This document shows, piece by piece, positions 29,501 through 39,462 of a stretch of DNA of 64,000 nt. Origin of the DNA: an uncultured bacterium. Its GTDB lineage: Bacteria; Babelota; Babeliae; Babelales; Vermiphilaceae. The notes under the pieces are model-generated. The model was not told the DNA's origin, ran no database searches, and saw only the letters and a program-made list of their open reading frames with translations. The DNA lies in the NCBI GenBank assembly GCA_963702025.1, contig OY969699.1, positions 64,001-128,000 of the forward strand, written 5' to 3'. The position numbers and the translations under genes were made by a program. How positions within the stretch are numbered: position 1 is the first letter of the stretch; each line of letters begins with the position of its first letter.

Positions 29501-30069
29501 GAAAGCGCATTGGCTTCTTGCTCGCTCAAAGCGGTAATATCTTTTTCACGTTCTCTTATTTTTTCGTAAATCGGCAAAAGGTCTTCATCAAATGAATAGC
29601 TTGATTTACCTAAAAATGTTTGGCCCAATTTTACAAATTCCGGATCGGCAAGATATTCCTGATCCTGCTTATTCAGCTTGTCTATATTTCCTATTACTTT
29701 GGCCCTTGCTTCTTTTAAATCATTATTCGCCTGTAATCTTTCCAGTTCCAGCTGTATTTTTTGCCTAATAAATTGCTCGCTATCAGGATTCATACGCGCC
29801 AGTTGTTCATTAGAATCAATATCATTTTTAAGTTGTTCAACAGTTGCACTTATGGCATTATTAAACTCTTTATCCGTGGCAACCATGGCAGCACGTTCTT
29901 TCTTGCGCGCAGCAAGACGCTCTTGGCGTTCTTCAACAATGGTTGGGAAAAGTTTACCACTGGCCGGCAATAACTTTTTGCTCGTTTCTTCTACCAGCGC
30001 TCCCCCAAAACTGAGTTGCGCGGTCAAAATGCCAAGGATTAAAAAAATATTTTTTTTCACTGTGTTCAT
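26500..30069 (-). CDS. Large MscS-family (MscK-like) mechanosensitive channel
   Basis: Signal peptide, long coiled-coil periplasmic part, many TMs, RPVKVGDYI...IPN..I..VANW MscS core. Confidence 0.9.
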   Translation of the reverse strand: MNTVKKNIFLILGILTAQLSFGGALVEETSKKLLPASGKLFPTIVEERQERLAARKKERAAMVATDKEFNNAISATVEQLKNDIDSNEQLARMNPDSEQFIRQKIQLELERLQANNDLKEARAKVIGNIDKLNKQDQEYLADPEFVKLGQTFLGKSSYSFDEDLLPIYEKIREREKDITALSEQEANALSELQTRKRAAQATIDAFQVSKEKKEPEPGLSARQKAELDTLKEQAFNDRRAADAMKINEIELKHTIAQTELFTAKKQLDELKGILQTIKPLTKINEADVALALEELDKKKQQARPAKEAYQKEIEKINLELKEKEKELDALSKRFNIPLGTELDEWSKEPKRTINSYLALAKVGMLNDEVLGIKRKKELLEAYNSLEDERLRDEALRIGVKDSFFKISNSLFNTEETLSAEIKKYQIQKDENKTNLALYKERLNNVSSMITTQKKALENLTAKLQTVEQEKNSLFKTASVEYEQYVALLKHAQSKIEEQIDLLGKLTGVYTDIISKISNAGKHIDFIIVELGTITPWGRPAHAISWDGIKNSIPDAQSFIKDVVTYIGLLNFSSLWNTIKDQFSPLSNFYHFFVKFLVLLAILFFIKLSLPMVTQNLVSIHAAPAGIRWAGALIAVILGFIAKHMVSIFIWLTIVIFLVGSRCLDPFPYILFYLLSIPYLMYLANRFMKYLVYFNETHDYCLLNKDYQDRFVLVVSTLLYATIAIVCFREAFILGNYHKSELPTLLLTINFIIFQISAILLLSKDQILSLISVKTDFGKALYDLIDTYYYLLQFFLIAVIVMSNPYVGYGRLVLYILKRLLYTAILLQLLLWIHEWIKRISSGIFFYFDTDDEIARDRFPYAKTWYGLLVVLIFAIFIFVGLLIAARIWHGPEVLLKVQKWSDVMVWIKTPFLLENTSSPISLYTLFKIIGFLIAGSMIAFAINRFVLGRIFDILLVDSGVQNTIATLSRYLIIITATILGFHAANLGDVVWWLLGGLILAIGWVIKDPVADLIAYFIIIVQRPVKVGDYIFLNDNVNGFVRRITPRSVEIRRKNSTTVLIPNLQITTQSVANWNHARSFIAFDDIMVTIPYKADPAHVRELLLRVLDESRVILKNPRPVVRLENFSDLGYVFLVRGYMSSNHTADMWDIASDVRLAIVKRLHEHDIQIAYPVRVVVTNSGSIERKKEIN

Positions 30070-30665
30070 AACATCAACCTATCGGTATCTAAAAAATGAA
30101 TGGTCTTAAATGAGTGTGCCAGGGGGTGTACCCGCAGGCAGCACCGTATCCATTCATGCAATACGGGTTTTATGTTTAAATGTATTGACTTATTCATAAT
30201 AGTGTCAATAGATTCTCTTGCAAGAAAATAATAATACGGCTTTTGAAAATGTGGCTCATCAGGATGCATACCCAGCAAAATAAGCAGTTTAAAGAGAAAA
30301 ACAACCTTAAATAACGAGCTTTGATCAGTGCTACTATATTTAAATAATAAAAGAAGAAGCTCAAATATTTCCGTATTACTGCTGCCAAATGGCACAGAAA
30401 AATAACAGACTTCCAGAACATGATGGAGAAATAAAATGTCATCCTGCGCAATCGCTATGGGCACATCAATCAAGTCACACTCTTGAAGCAGATTTAAATG
30501 TCCTTTTTGTTGCCGATAATAAGCAAGAAGCGCACCGCATGCGATAGCATCAGAAGGAGAAATAGCTTCAATTTTGCCCAAATCCTCATCGAGGATAATC
30601 ATTTTCATCTTTTTTGAGAAAAAAGTTTTTAATACAATGCCATTTTTTTTATTCACGTAATCCAC
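30066..30665 (-). CDS. recO: RecO-like DNA repair protein
   Basis: GIVLK..ILDEDLGKIEA N-terminal OB pattern; FLFKLLILLG.HP. Confidence 0.55.
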   Translation of the reverse strand: MDYVNKKNGIVLKTFFSKKMKMIILDEDLGKIEAISPSDAIACGALLAYYRQQKGHLNLLQECDLIDVPIAIAQDDILFLHHVLEVCYFSVPFGSSNTEIFELLLLLFKYSSTDQSSLFKVVFLFKLLILLGMHPDEPHFQKPYYYFLARESIDTIMNKSIHLNIKPVLHEWIRCCLRVHPLAHSFKTIHFLDTDRLML

Positions 30666-30804
30666 CTCACTATTGAGCTCTCATCTAATCCTACTTATCA
30701 TTCTTCTATTTCGCTACAAAATTTTTACTGTTTTATGGCATCCCTTGATTTGGCTAGATCGATTTCCATAGATTTAAGGGGAGCCATTTACTCAGGAAGG
30801 TAAA

Positions 30805-32505
30805 ATGATGAAAAATATGATAAAAAAAATCACTTCACTTGGTGTCGCATTATTAGTTCTCTTTTCGTGTTCTCTTTCTGCGTACTATAAAAAACCTCGG
30901 CTTACCGTGATCATGGTGGTTGACCAGTTCGCCTACAACTACATTCGGCAAATGTCCCCCTATTTAAAGCATGGCATTAAATATTTGATGCAACAGGGTA
31001 TCGTTTATGAAAATGCCCTTTTCCCTCACGCAACTCCCTCAACCGGACCGGGCCATGCAGGGCTCAATACCGGCATTACGGCAGATTATCATGGCATTGT
31101 GGGCAACTTTTTTTGCAATCCTTCTTCGGGGCAAAAAATGTCATGCGATGATGATGACGTTAAAACATGCGCAGTAATCAACCCTAAAGGCGGCATGTAT
31201 GAATATGGCAAGGGGCCCGTTAACATTATGGTTGACGGTATCACCGATCAATTCGTGTTGAGCTCTCAGCCTGGCGCAGCGCGCACCTCGCTATCAATTT
31301 CAATTAAAAGTAGAGCTGCCATATGCACCGCAAATAAAATGGGCAAGGCGATATGGTTTGATACTAAAACCGGTCTATTCACCTCAAGCAAGTATTATTA
31401 TGACCAGCTGCCTTCTTGGCTCACGCAATTTAATCGGCAAAAAGGCGTGAATAGGCTTTCTTGCATATCATGGCCACTTTTTTATCCCCGTAATTCAGCA
31501 GCCTATAATTTTAAAGAAATTGATAATTATACCTACAGCTCACACGCTCCTATCGCCGGCAAAACACTTTCAATTGTCAATGCTGAAAATGGCTTTGCTC
31601 TTTTTGAACATACGCCTGCCGCAAATCAACTGCTCTTTGATTTGGCTGCGCGCGCCATTCAAACCCATATCACTCGCACTTCATGCCAAGAAATGATGTT
31701 GTGGGTCTGCTTGAGCCCGCTCGATTTTGTAGGGCACGATTACGGCCCGCAAAGCCGTGAGGCAATTGATATGATCTATCATCTTGATTGTCAGATTGCG
31801 CAATTTATGGATAAAGTTGCCGATTATTTAAAAAGGACCGACGTTTTATACGTCTTAACGGCGGACCACGGCGTGAGCCCTATTCCAGAATTGCTTAATA
31901 AGGAAGGATATCCTGATGCGTGCCGTATCGATTACACAAAAATAATTCAAGAACTCAATGGCTTTATCCATCAAAAGTTTGGCGTTAATGATCTGGCTTG
32001 TAGCTGCCTTTCTACCCAAATTTATTTTAAAGATGCCGTTTTCAAACCATTGCCATGCGATAAACAAAAAGCAATTTTAGATGCCGCAAAACAAAAAATT
32101 TCAGAAGTTCTGGGTGTTAAAAAAGTATGGACCTATGATGAGCTGATGCAAACATGGTATGAACATGATCAGATTGAATCCTATTACAAAAGACAATTAT
32201 ATCCTGGAAGAAGCGGTAATCTTATTATTCAGCCGTTTCCTTACTGCATTCCGGATGAATTTAAAACCGGCACCGGTCATCGCACACCATACCAACCTGA
32301 TGTGCACGTTCCGCTTATTTTATATCAAAAGCATAATCTGGAAAAACGGGTAATTTATGATAAAGTTTGGACATTGCAATTGGCACCGAGCCTTGCACAC
32401 ATTTTGCGCATACAACGTCCATCGGCATCAACATATCATTTACTGCCGGGCTTGATTGATTATGATCCTATTACGGGTGAAGTGTTACAAACAATAGTAT
32501 TGTAG
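30805..32505 (+). CDS. Alkaline phosphatase, PafA-like
   Basis: VVDQ, TGPGHA (Thr nucleophile), DFVGHDYGP, TADHG. Confidence 0.9.
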   Translation: MMKNMIKKITSLGVALLVLFSCSLSAYYKKPRLTVIMVVDQFAYNYIRQMSPYLKHGIKYLMQQGIVYENALFPHATPSTGPGHAGLNTGITADYHGIVGNFFCNPSSGQKMSCDDDDVKTCAVINPKGGMYEYGKGPVNIMVDGITDQFVLSSQPGAARTSLSISIKSRAAICTANKMGKAIWFDTKTGLFTSSKYYYDQLPSWLTQFNRQKGVNRLSCISWPLFYPRNSAAYNFKEIDNYTYSSHAPIAGKTLSIVNAENGFALFEHTPAANQLLFDLAARAIQTHITRTSCQEMMLWVCLSPLDFVGHDYGPQSREAIDMIYHLDCQIAQFMDKVADYLKRTDVLYVLTADHGVSPIPELLNKEGYPDACRIDYTKIIQELNGFIHQKFGVNDLACSCLSTQIYFKDAVFKPLPCDKQKAILDAAKQKISEVLGVKKVWTYDELMQTWYEHDQIESYYKRQLYPGRSGNLIIQPFPYCIPDEFKTGTGHRTPYQPDVHVPLILYQKHNLEKRVIYDKVWTLQLAPSLAHILRIQRPSASTYHLLPGLIDYDPITGEVLQTIVL

Positions 32506-32584
32506 GATAAGGATGACTCTTTAATACTTATTGAATAAAAAGAGACGCCTTTTACAGCGCCTCTCCTTTTAATGCTCTCCGATT

Positions 32585-32995
32585 TTACTCGATAGAAGCT
32601 TTAAACTTGGCCAATTCAGCCTTTTCAGCTTCGTAGTATTGGCGACCCTTTGCTTCCCATGCTTGGCTGAGGTTTCTCCATTCTTCAAGATGCTTTTCAT
32701 GCAATGCAATCATCTCATCAGTTTGGTTAGATAAGTAGACTGCTGCATCATCTGTTTTGCCAAGTGTGGCTATGTTGCTCTTAACAACATCCATGATCTG
32801 TCTTTTGTGTTTTTTCATGATATCCAGTTTGGCATCATGATACCCTTTAGAGAAATCAAACCATTTATCTTTATGTTTTTGTTCCATAGAGATGTAGTTT
32901 CTTGCATTTTTGGCAGCTACCGCTAAATCTGCTTCTGCATTGATTTCACTAACCAAAGGGACAGCTATTAATGCTGCAAAGATTAATTTCTTCAT
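32585..32995 (-). CDS. Hypothetical secreted helical protein
   Basis: AAAGGA RBS, signal peptide (INA-E). Confidence 0.7.
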   Translation of the reverse strand: MKKLIFAALIAVPLVSEINAEADLAVAAKNARNYISMEQKHKDKWFDFSKGYHDAKLDIMKKHKRQIMDVVKSNIATLGKTDDAAVYLSNQTDEMIALHEKHLEEWRNLSQAWEAKGRQYYEAEKAELAKFKASIE

Positions 32996-33357
32996 ATTAA
33001 ATCCTTTTTTTGGGCATTACTACTATCAAGAACAGGTTGCCAAACCTGATTTTCAAGAGCCAAAAGATCATCCTCTGGCTATTCTTAGACTAACAAATAC
33101 GAATGCCAAATTGCAATAGTTTATATTCAAAAAATCCTTTATTTTAGCTACTTTCAAAGGAATTAACCGGGCTCTTGCTCGTTCACCCATGATGCACTGC
33201 CACAAGTCAAGATAGAATTTTAAAAAGATAGAGAAAGTCCGTTTACTTGAGAATTTATGTGCCATCTAAAAAAATAAGCCCCGGATTTTCTTCGGGGCAT
33301 TATTTTGAAATACTAAAACTCAACATTAAAGAAATTTCGGCTCGCGCCTTAATCCAA

Positions 33358-33702
33358 TTACTTGATATTAATCTTATACAGTTTTTCGGCAATTGTTGCT
33401 CCGTGTTGGCTCTGGCATTGAAACGTCATCGATGTTTCTCCCGCTTTCAAAGCAAGATAGGTCAAACTATGATTTTGCCCACCACAACTTTCGGTAGCAT
33501 ATTTGGATGGGGAAAAAGAATCTCCGATCAATCGGACTGCTTCTGGATCGGCTACAACACACCGCCATTTGGTCATTAACTGCCCACCCTCAAAAAGTGT
33601 AATAATAAATCGCTTACCTTTATGAGCATCAATGGTTTCTTGCTGCATGGCATACAATGAACCTACCAATGAGAGTGTGGCAAATACTATTTTATTCTTC
33701 AT
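33358..33702 (-). CDS. Secreted chagasin/I42-like beta-sandwich protein
   Basis: Signal peptide; TIDAHKGKRFIITL..KW..CGG..YLALKAGETSMTF..INIK pattern. Confidence 0.55.
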   Translation of the reverse strand: MKNKIVFATLSLVGSLYAMQQETIDAHKGKRFIITLFEGGQLMTKWRCVVADPEAVRLIGDSFSPSKYATESCGGQNHSLTYLALKAGETSMTFQCQSQHGATIAEKLYKINIK

Positions 33703-33776
33703 CAGAAATCCTTACTAAGAGATTATTTAGATTAGCAAGGAAATTACCGCGATTTTTTTAAAAAATCAATCTCAAT

Positions 33777-35870
33777 TCAAAAACCCATATCAAGTAAAAA
33801 TGCTTCCTGATTTGGCTCACGGCCCAAGAAATCTTTAAGCAAGTCATTGGGATCTTTGCTGCCACCTTTACCAATCACATTTTTGATGTACCGTTGGCCG
33901 GTGGCAGAATTAAGCAATCCGGCTTTTTTAATCTCAGAAAACAGATCGTGCGCAAATACTGATGACCACATATAGCCATAATAACGTGCGCCGTAGCCCG
34001 TTAGATGGCCAAACGATGCGTACTGATGATCCGTTGGTTCAAACTGTATGCCATAGATAAATTCATTAAACTCTTTTTTAATCAATGCATCTAAATCCAT
34101 CTGAGGACCATTATTAAAGCAATCGAGTGATAGCTTGGCAAGGTATAATTGTCGAACAGTATGAAACCCGGAATCAAAAGTGCGAGATCTTAAAATTGAT
34201 GCAATAAGATCATCCGGCAATGGTTGGCCGGTTTGATAATGTTTGCTCACCATTTTTAAAATATCAGGATTCCAGAGCCACTCTTCCAGCATTTGTGATG
34301 GCATCTCAACAAAATCTCTTTTAACTCTTGTACCGGCAAACGAGGCTACCGCTGTCCTGCCCAGCAAGGCATGCATTGCATGGCCAAACTCATGAAAGAA
34401 GGTGTTAACCTCTTTGAGGGTAAGCAACGATGGTTTATCCACCAACGGTTTGGTGAAATTGGCAATAACAATTACCACACCAACGGTAGGCTCACCATTT
34501 TTGTGGTAAGTAACCGGCAGCATGGTGTGCTCACAGGCATGATTGAATTTATTAGGACGCGGAAAGAGATCTAAAAACAGAAACCCAACTGTTTTATTAA
34601 TCGTCTTATCAATAACTTCAATCAAACGGACATCAGCATCCCATAATCCTGAAGCGGGTAATTGTTTAAGTTCAAGACTTAAAAATTCTTCATAAATGTG
34701 CAACAATCCATCAACAGTTTCCTGCATCGGAAAATATTCAGCAACAACTGCTTCATCAACATTGTATTTTTTGAGTTTGTAATAATTTTTTAAATAGAAC
34801 ACATCCCATGGGCGCAATTTGCCATCTTTGGTAAGTTCAACTCCGGCAGGAATATCTTGCATAAATGCTTTAAATTCTTGCATCGCTTTTACTTGAGCTT
34901 TCTTGTTTAAATCAGCAATAAATTGCGCCGCTCGGGCAGGCGATTTAACCATTTGATCATCAAGTTCCAATGCCGCATAGGTTGCAAAGCCAAGAGCTTG
35001 GGCCAATTGATATCTTTTTGCAATCAAATCTTCCAATACTTTTTTGTTCGCCGGGTAGGATCGATTAATACTTGCGTGCCATAATTTTTTTCTGGTTTGC
35101 GGAACTGAACAATTGGTCATAACCGCAAGATAAGTTGCTGTATCAATACCAACAATATATTTACCAGCTTCAGTTTTCTTTAAACTTGCAATAAAATCAT
35201 CTTTCATGCCTGCAAGATCATCTTTTTCTACTTCGATGGTACTTTGATCGTCAGCAATATTTTTATCAAATTCGAGTTCAAGCGCTACAATTTCTTTTTT
35301 GAGCGCAATAATTTTTTCCCGTTGATCATCGGGCAAATTAAGGCCGGCGCGTTCAAATTCTTTGAGTGTTTCATCTATAAAGCGCTGTTGCTCAGCGGAA
35401 AGAACTTCATTTTTAGCGTTGCCGTGGGCGTAGGCCTTTAAAGCTTCATACAGTTTTTTATTACTTTCCACGTTTTCGATGAAAAAATTCTGTGTTTCTT
35501 GCATGGTGTCGCGTGCCACATCTCGCAATTCTTTATTCGGATTCACCATATCAACCGTTGCATTAATAGATGCATTAATTACCGCAGGAGAAAATCCGCC
35601 AAGCCGGTCAAGAGCACCAACAGTATTTTCATAGGTGCGCTGATCATCGGGAATCGCAATGATGTTGTTTATTGTCTCTTGTGCTTGATCAAGATATAAT
35701 TTTGTTCTTTGCTTTATTTCAGAAACAGATTTGGGAAAGAGCGCAATCGCATCTTGGGCAGATTTCACCGTATCAAGGGCATGAATCATAGAGGGCCTTC
35801 TATAAAAAAAATATACTATAACCAGCGTTGCTACTATCGCTAAGGCAATAAGACGTCCATTCTTTATCAT
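33777..35870 (-). CDS. M3A oligopeptidase (thimet-like) with N-terminal anchor
   Basis: FHEFGHAMH, DFVEMPSQMLEEW, YYGYMWS. Confidence 0.93.
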   Translation of the reverse strand: MIKNGRLIALAIVATLVIVYFFYRRPSMIHALDTVKSAQDAIALFPKSVSEIKQRTKLYLDQAQETINNIIAIPDDQRTYENTVGALDRLGGFSPAVINASINATVDMVNPNKELRDVARDTMQETQNFFIENVESNKKLYEALKAYAHGNAKNEVLSAEQQRFIDETLKEFERAGLNLPDDQREKIIALKKEIVALELEFDKNIADDQSTIEVEKDDLAGMKDDFIASLKKTEAGKYIVGIDTATYLAVMTNCSVPQTRKKLWHASINRSYPANKKVLEDLIAKRYQLAQALGFATYAALELDDQMVKSPARAAQFIADLNKKAQVKAMQEFKAFMQDIPAGVELTKDGKLRPWDVFYLKNYYKLKKYNVDEAVVAEYFPMQETVDGLLHIYEEFLSLELKQLPASGLWDADVRLIEVIDKTINKTVGFLFLDLFPRPNKFNHACEHTMLPVTYHKNGEPTVGVVIVIANFTKPLVDKPSLLTLKEVNTFFHEFGHAMHALLGRTAVASFAGTRVKRDFVEMPSQMLEEWLWNPDILKMVSKHYQTGQPLPDDLIASILRSRTFDSGFHTVRQLYLAKLSLDCFNNGPQMDLDALIKKEFNEFIYGIQFEPTDHQYASFGHLTGYGARYYGYMWSSVFAHDLFSEIKKAGLLNSATGQRYIKNVIGKGGSKDPNDLLKDFLGREPNQEAFLLDMGF

Positions 35871-35874
35871 ATTT

Positions 35875-37869
35875 TCATCCTTTTATTTCACTTAAAGCTT
35901 TTTGTAAAGAAAACCACTCATCACGAAGCGCAATAGCCTTTTCAAAATCAAGCGCTTCTGCTGCTTTGCTCATTTCGATTTCAATTTCAGCAATTCGCGT
36001 TTCAATTTCCGGCAGGGTTTTTGGCGCTTCTTTTTTCTTTTTCTTCGTTTTAGCGGCGGATGCTTGCGCAATCGCTTTTTGTAAATCGGTGATACTTTTG
36101 GTTACTTCCCGCTTCACACTCACCGGTGTAATTCCATGCGCTTTATTAAATGCTTCTTGCAATGCTCTGCGCCGATTGGTTTCATCGATAGCGCCTTTCA
36201 TAGATTGCGTTACTTTATCTGCATACATTAGCACCCGCGATTGGGTATTCCGCGCAGCACGGCCGATTATCTGGATAAGCGATCGCTTGTCTCTTAAGAA
36301 ACTTTCAATATCCGCATCCATAATAGCAACAAGTGCAAGCTCAGGCAAATCGATACCCTCACGCAATAAATTAACCCCAACAAGACAGTCAAAAATGCCC
36401 AATCGCAACTTTTGCAGAAGTTCGGTGCGTTGTGGCGTCTTTAATTCACTATGCAAGTAACAGACCTTTATCTTTCTTTCTTCTAAATAACGAGCCATAT
36501 CTTCGGCTAATTTTTTTGTGAGCACGATCACCAAACTACGAAATCCCTTTTGCGTAGTTTCTTCTATTTCTTTAACGAGATTATCTATTTGCCCTACACG
36601 CGGACGAACTTCAATGGGCGGATCAACCAAACCGGTCGGGCGAATAATTTGTTCAACCAGACTATCCGAATGTTGCAACTCATAGTCGCCGGGGGTCGCT
36701 GAAACAAAGACAACATCTTTAAAATAACCTTCAATCTCTTCAAATTTTAACGGCCGATTATCAAACGCCGAAGGCAAGCGGAATCCAAATTCGATTAATG
36801 ATTTTTTACGCGCGCGATCTCCTGCATACATGCCGCGCAACTGAGGCAATGCCATATGAGATTCATCAATAACAAGCAAAAATTCATCTTCAAAGAAATC
36901 AAACAATGAATGTGGTTGTTGGCCCTCGGTTCTGCCATCAAAATGGGCCGAATAGTTTTCTATACCCGAACAATAGCCAACCTCTTGCATCATCTCAAGA
37001 TCATGTGAAACACGTTTTTCTATACGCTCTTTGTAAATAGGGTTAGTAATTTGTGGCGCCCATTCAAGAAGCTCATTTTTGATACTTTCTATGGCCATTT
37101 TAAATTGTTTTTCAGTCGTCACAAAATGCTTTGCGGGGAACACGATTGTATCATCAACCGTTTGCACAACAGTGTTATTCATCTTGTTAACCCATTGCAT
37201 ACCTTCAATAGAGTCACCAAAAAGTTCGATGCGTAACTTTTCTTTTTGATACGGAATTTGCACTTCTACTGAGTTGCCCATAACTTGGAATGTTCCGGCT
37301 CGGCGATCCATTTCATTTCGCTCATACTGGATATGAATCAGTTTATGCAAAAGATCTCTTCTGCTGATTTTTTGTCCAACTGTTAAGGGCACCGCCAATT
37401 TCTTATAATCGCTGGGATTACCCAAAGAATAGATGCAAGAAACTGAAGCAACAATAATCACATCTTTTCGATGCATAAGAGAAGCAGTTGCCTCAATGCG
37501 CAGGCGTTCAATCTCACTGTTTACTTTTGTTTCTTTGGGCACATAAATATCCTGTGCGGGCAAATATGATTCAGGCTGATAATAATCGTAGTAACTCACA
37601 AAATAGCAGACTTTATTTTCCGGGAAAAACAATGAAAACTCTTCATAAAGCTGCGCCGCCAAGGTTTTATTGGGCGCCAAAACCAACACCGGCTTATTCT
37701 GATTGGCAATAACATGTGCCATTGAATAGGTTTTTCCAGACCCTGTAACGCCCATTAAGGTAGAAATACCTGGACGCGCCTGCGTTAATTTCTTTATTGC
37801 CGCAGGTTGACTTCCTGCCGGAGCAAAAGGAGAATGCAATTTGAATAATTTTCCCATAGCAAACTTCAT
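35875..37869 (-). CDS. uvrB: Excinuclease ABC subunit B
   Basis: GVTGSGKT, YYDYYQPE, DESH, C-terminal UVR domain. Confidence 0.98.
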   Translation of the reverse strand: MKFAMGKLFKLHSPFAPAGSQPAAIKKLTQARPGISTLMGVTGSGKTYSMAHVIANQNKPVLVLAPNKTLAAQLYEEFSLFFPENKVCYFVSYYDYYQPESYLPAQDIYVPKETKVNSEIERLRIEATASLMHRKDVIIVASVSCIYSLGNPSDYKKLAVPLTVGQKISRRDLLHKLIHIQYERNEMDRRAGTFQVMGNSVEVQIPYQKEKLRIELFGDSIEGMQWVNKMNNTVVQTVDDTIVFPAKHFVTTEKQFKMAIESIKNELLEWAPQITNPIYKERIEKRVSHDLEMMQEVGYCSGIENYSAHFDGRTEGQQPHSLFDFFEDEFLLVIDESHMALPQLRGMYAGDRARKKSLIEFGFRLPSAFDNRPLKFEEIEGYFKDVVFVSATPGDYELQHSDSLVEQIIRPTGLVDPPIEVRPRVGQIDNLVKEIEETTQKGFRSLVIVLTKKLAEDMARYLEERKIKVCYLHSELKTPQRTELLQKLRLGIFDCLVGVNLLREGIDLPELALVAIMDADIESFLRDKRSLIQIIGRAARNTQSRVLMYADKVTQSMKGAIDETNRRRALQEAFNKAHGITPVSVKREVTKSITDLQKAIAQASAAKTKKKKKEAPKTLPEIETRIAEIEIEMSKAAEALDFEKAIALRDEWFSLQKALSEIKG

Positions 37870-38067
37870 TTTTTTATTGAGAATTAAACTATTTAATATT
37901 ACAATTATCTTGCCAAATCGTCAAGATCCACCTCTATTTCTAGGTTCTACTTGAAACAAAGTAAAAAAGCCGTAAAGTATTAAAAATATCGCGATATGTA
38001 ATTAAGCATAAACGATTTAATAATAATTTTAGTCAATTGCCTTCAGAAAAAAATTAGCAAATAGTTC

Positions 38068-38811
38068 ATGAAAAACCTACTTTTTATTTTATGCACCATT
38101 TTATTTTCCTTTAAAGTCCAATGCATGCTGCCCGAGGGCGACATAGACAGATTACCTCTGACCTCAATCGATTTTACAATAAAACAACATTTTCAAGAGC
38201 GTTACGAACAGGACATCACCAAAGCTTTGGCAGAAGAAATGACAACGGAAGAAGAACAACATGAAGAGATTAAACGAGAACATGTGATTGAACAACCAAT
38301 AGTGGCAATTAAACAAGAAGAAAATGATGAAGGCCATGTACTTCTTTTAGAAAATATTTATCAGAAGACTCGAGATCATGTAAAAGCAACCCCCTCGTAT
38401 ATTTTAGGAGAAAAAAATAGTGAAGAAGAACTATCCAATAATGAATCTTTCGATGATGATTTTAGCAGCAATGATCTCGATGATGAAACTCATTGTAAAT
38501 TGGATAGAAAATTGTTCTTTCGTATGTCTGCCCGAGAAGGAAAAAAAATTCAAAAAAAATTGGCCGAAGATCCTCAGCCACTTACTTATTATATGGACCA
38601 ATTGCTTGAGAGAGTTATGGCTAATCGGCACGACGAAAAATCATCACCAGAATTGCGCATAGTTAAGCAAAAAAATAAGCCGTATCTCTACAGCATAAAG
38701 CTTTCATATAAAAAAGTACGCAAAAGAATAAAAAAAAATCGTGCAACCCCTTTTTTGTTATCAAGAATCAAAAAAAATCCTAAAAGATCAAGGAAAGTGA
38801 TTAACTCCTAG
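38068..38811 (+). CDS. Hypothetical exported protein with an acidic region and basic C-terminus
   Basis: Signal peptide; KKVRKRIKK...KKNPKRSRK. Confidence 0.65.
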   Translation: MKNLLFILCTILFSFKVQCMLPEGDIDRLPLTSIDFTIKQHFQERYEQDITKALAEEMTTEEEQHEEIKREHVIEQPIVAIKQEENDEGHVLLLENIYQKTRDHVKATPSYILGEKNSEEELSNNESFDDDFSSNDLDDETHCKLDRKLFFRMSAREGKKIQKKLAEDPQPLTYYMDQLLERVMANRHDEKSSPELRIVKQKNKPYLYSIKLSYKKVRKRIKKNRATPFLLSRIKKNPKRSRKVINS

Positions 38812-39459
38812 TTTTTGCCAGTCACTGTTAAATTTTTCTATGCCTTGATCGGTCAATGGATTTGAAATTGCTTTTTCAAATATCTCAACCGGCAATGTTA
38901 TCGCATCGGCTCCGGCATTCAGCGCGCCATGAAAATCATGCACATCGCGAATGGAGGCAGCCAAAATTTTCGTGTCAAATCCATAAAAATCTATCATCTC
39001 TCTCATTTGGGGAATAAATGACATGCCATCAACATCAATATCGTTCCAGCGGCCAATAAAGGGCGAAATATAATAAACCCCTAACTTACTCATCATTAAA
39101 CTTTGCAGCACCGTAAATACTAAGGTAATATTAAGCTTTATTTTCTCATCAACAAGCTTTTTAATAACTTCATAATAACGCGCATGACAGGGAATCTTTA
39201 CCCATACATTCGGCGCTAATTGGGCAATCTCTTTTGCTTGGAGATACATCTCAGCGGGTTCAAGCTTAGTCACCTCGATGCTAATTTGCCCCTGCGGTAA
39301 TAGTTTACAAATTTCCATCACAATTTTTTTGGGATCCCCGCCCTCTCTGCTCAAATTACTCGGATTGGTAGTAATGCCATCGATCAACCCGGTCGGAATA
39401 TATTTTTTTATATGGGGAATATTGGCAGTATCTAAAAATATCTTCATTAATCCACTCAC
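38788..39459 (-). CDS. tal: Transaldolase (short FSA/TalC type)
   Basis: IFLDTA, GITTNPS, VKIP Schiff-base Lys, SPFIGR (Phe of the transaldolase type). Confidence 0.9.
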   Translation of the reverse strand: MSGLMKIFLDTANIPHIKKYIPTGLIDGITTNPSNLSREGGDPKKIVMEICKLLPQGQISIEVTKLEPAEMYLQAKEIAQLAPNVWVKIPCHARYYEVIKKLVDEKIKLNITLVFTVLQSLMMSKLGVYYISPFIGRWNDIDVDGMSFIPQMREMIDFYGFDTKILAASIRDVHDFHGALNAGADAITLPVEIFEKAISNPLTDQGIEKFNSDWQKLGVNHFP

Positions 39460-39462
39460 CTG

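Noticed and set aside
35966..36460. Long antisense ORFs (e.g. 35966-36460, 29678-30109, 10522-10980)
   Set aside because: Shadow frames of well-supported genes, with no RBS or recognisable motifs.
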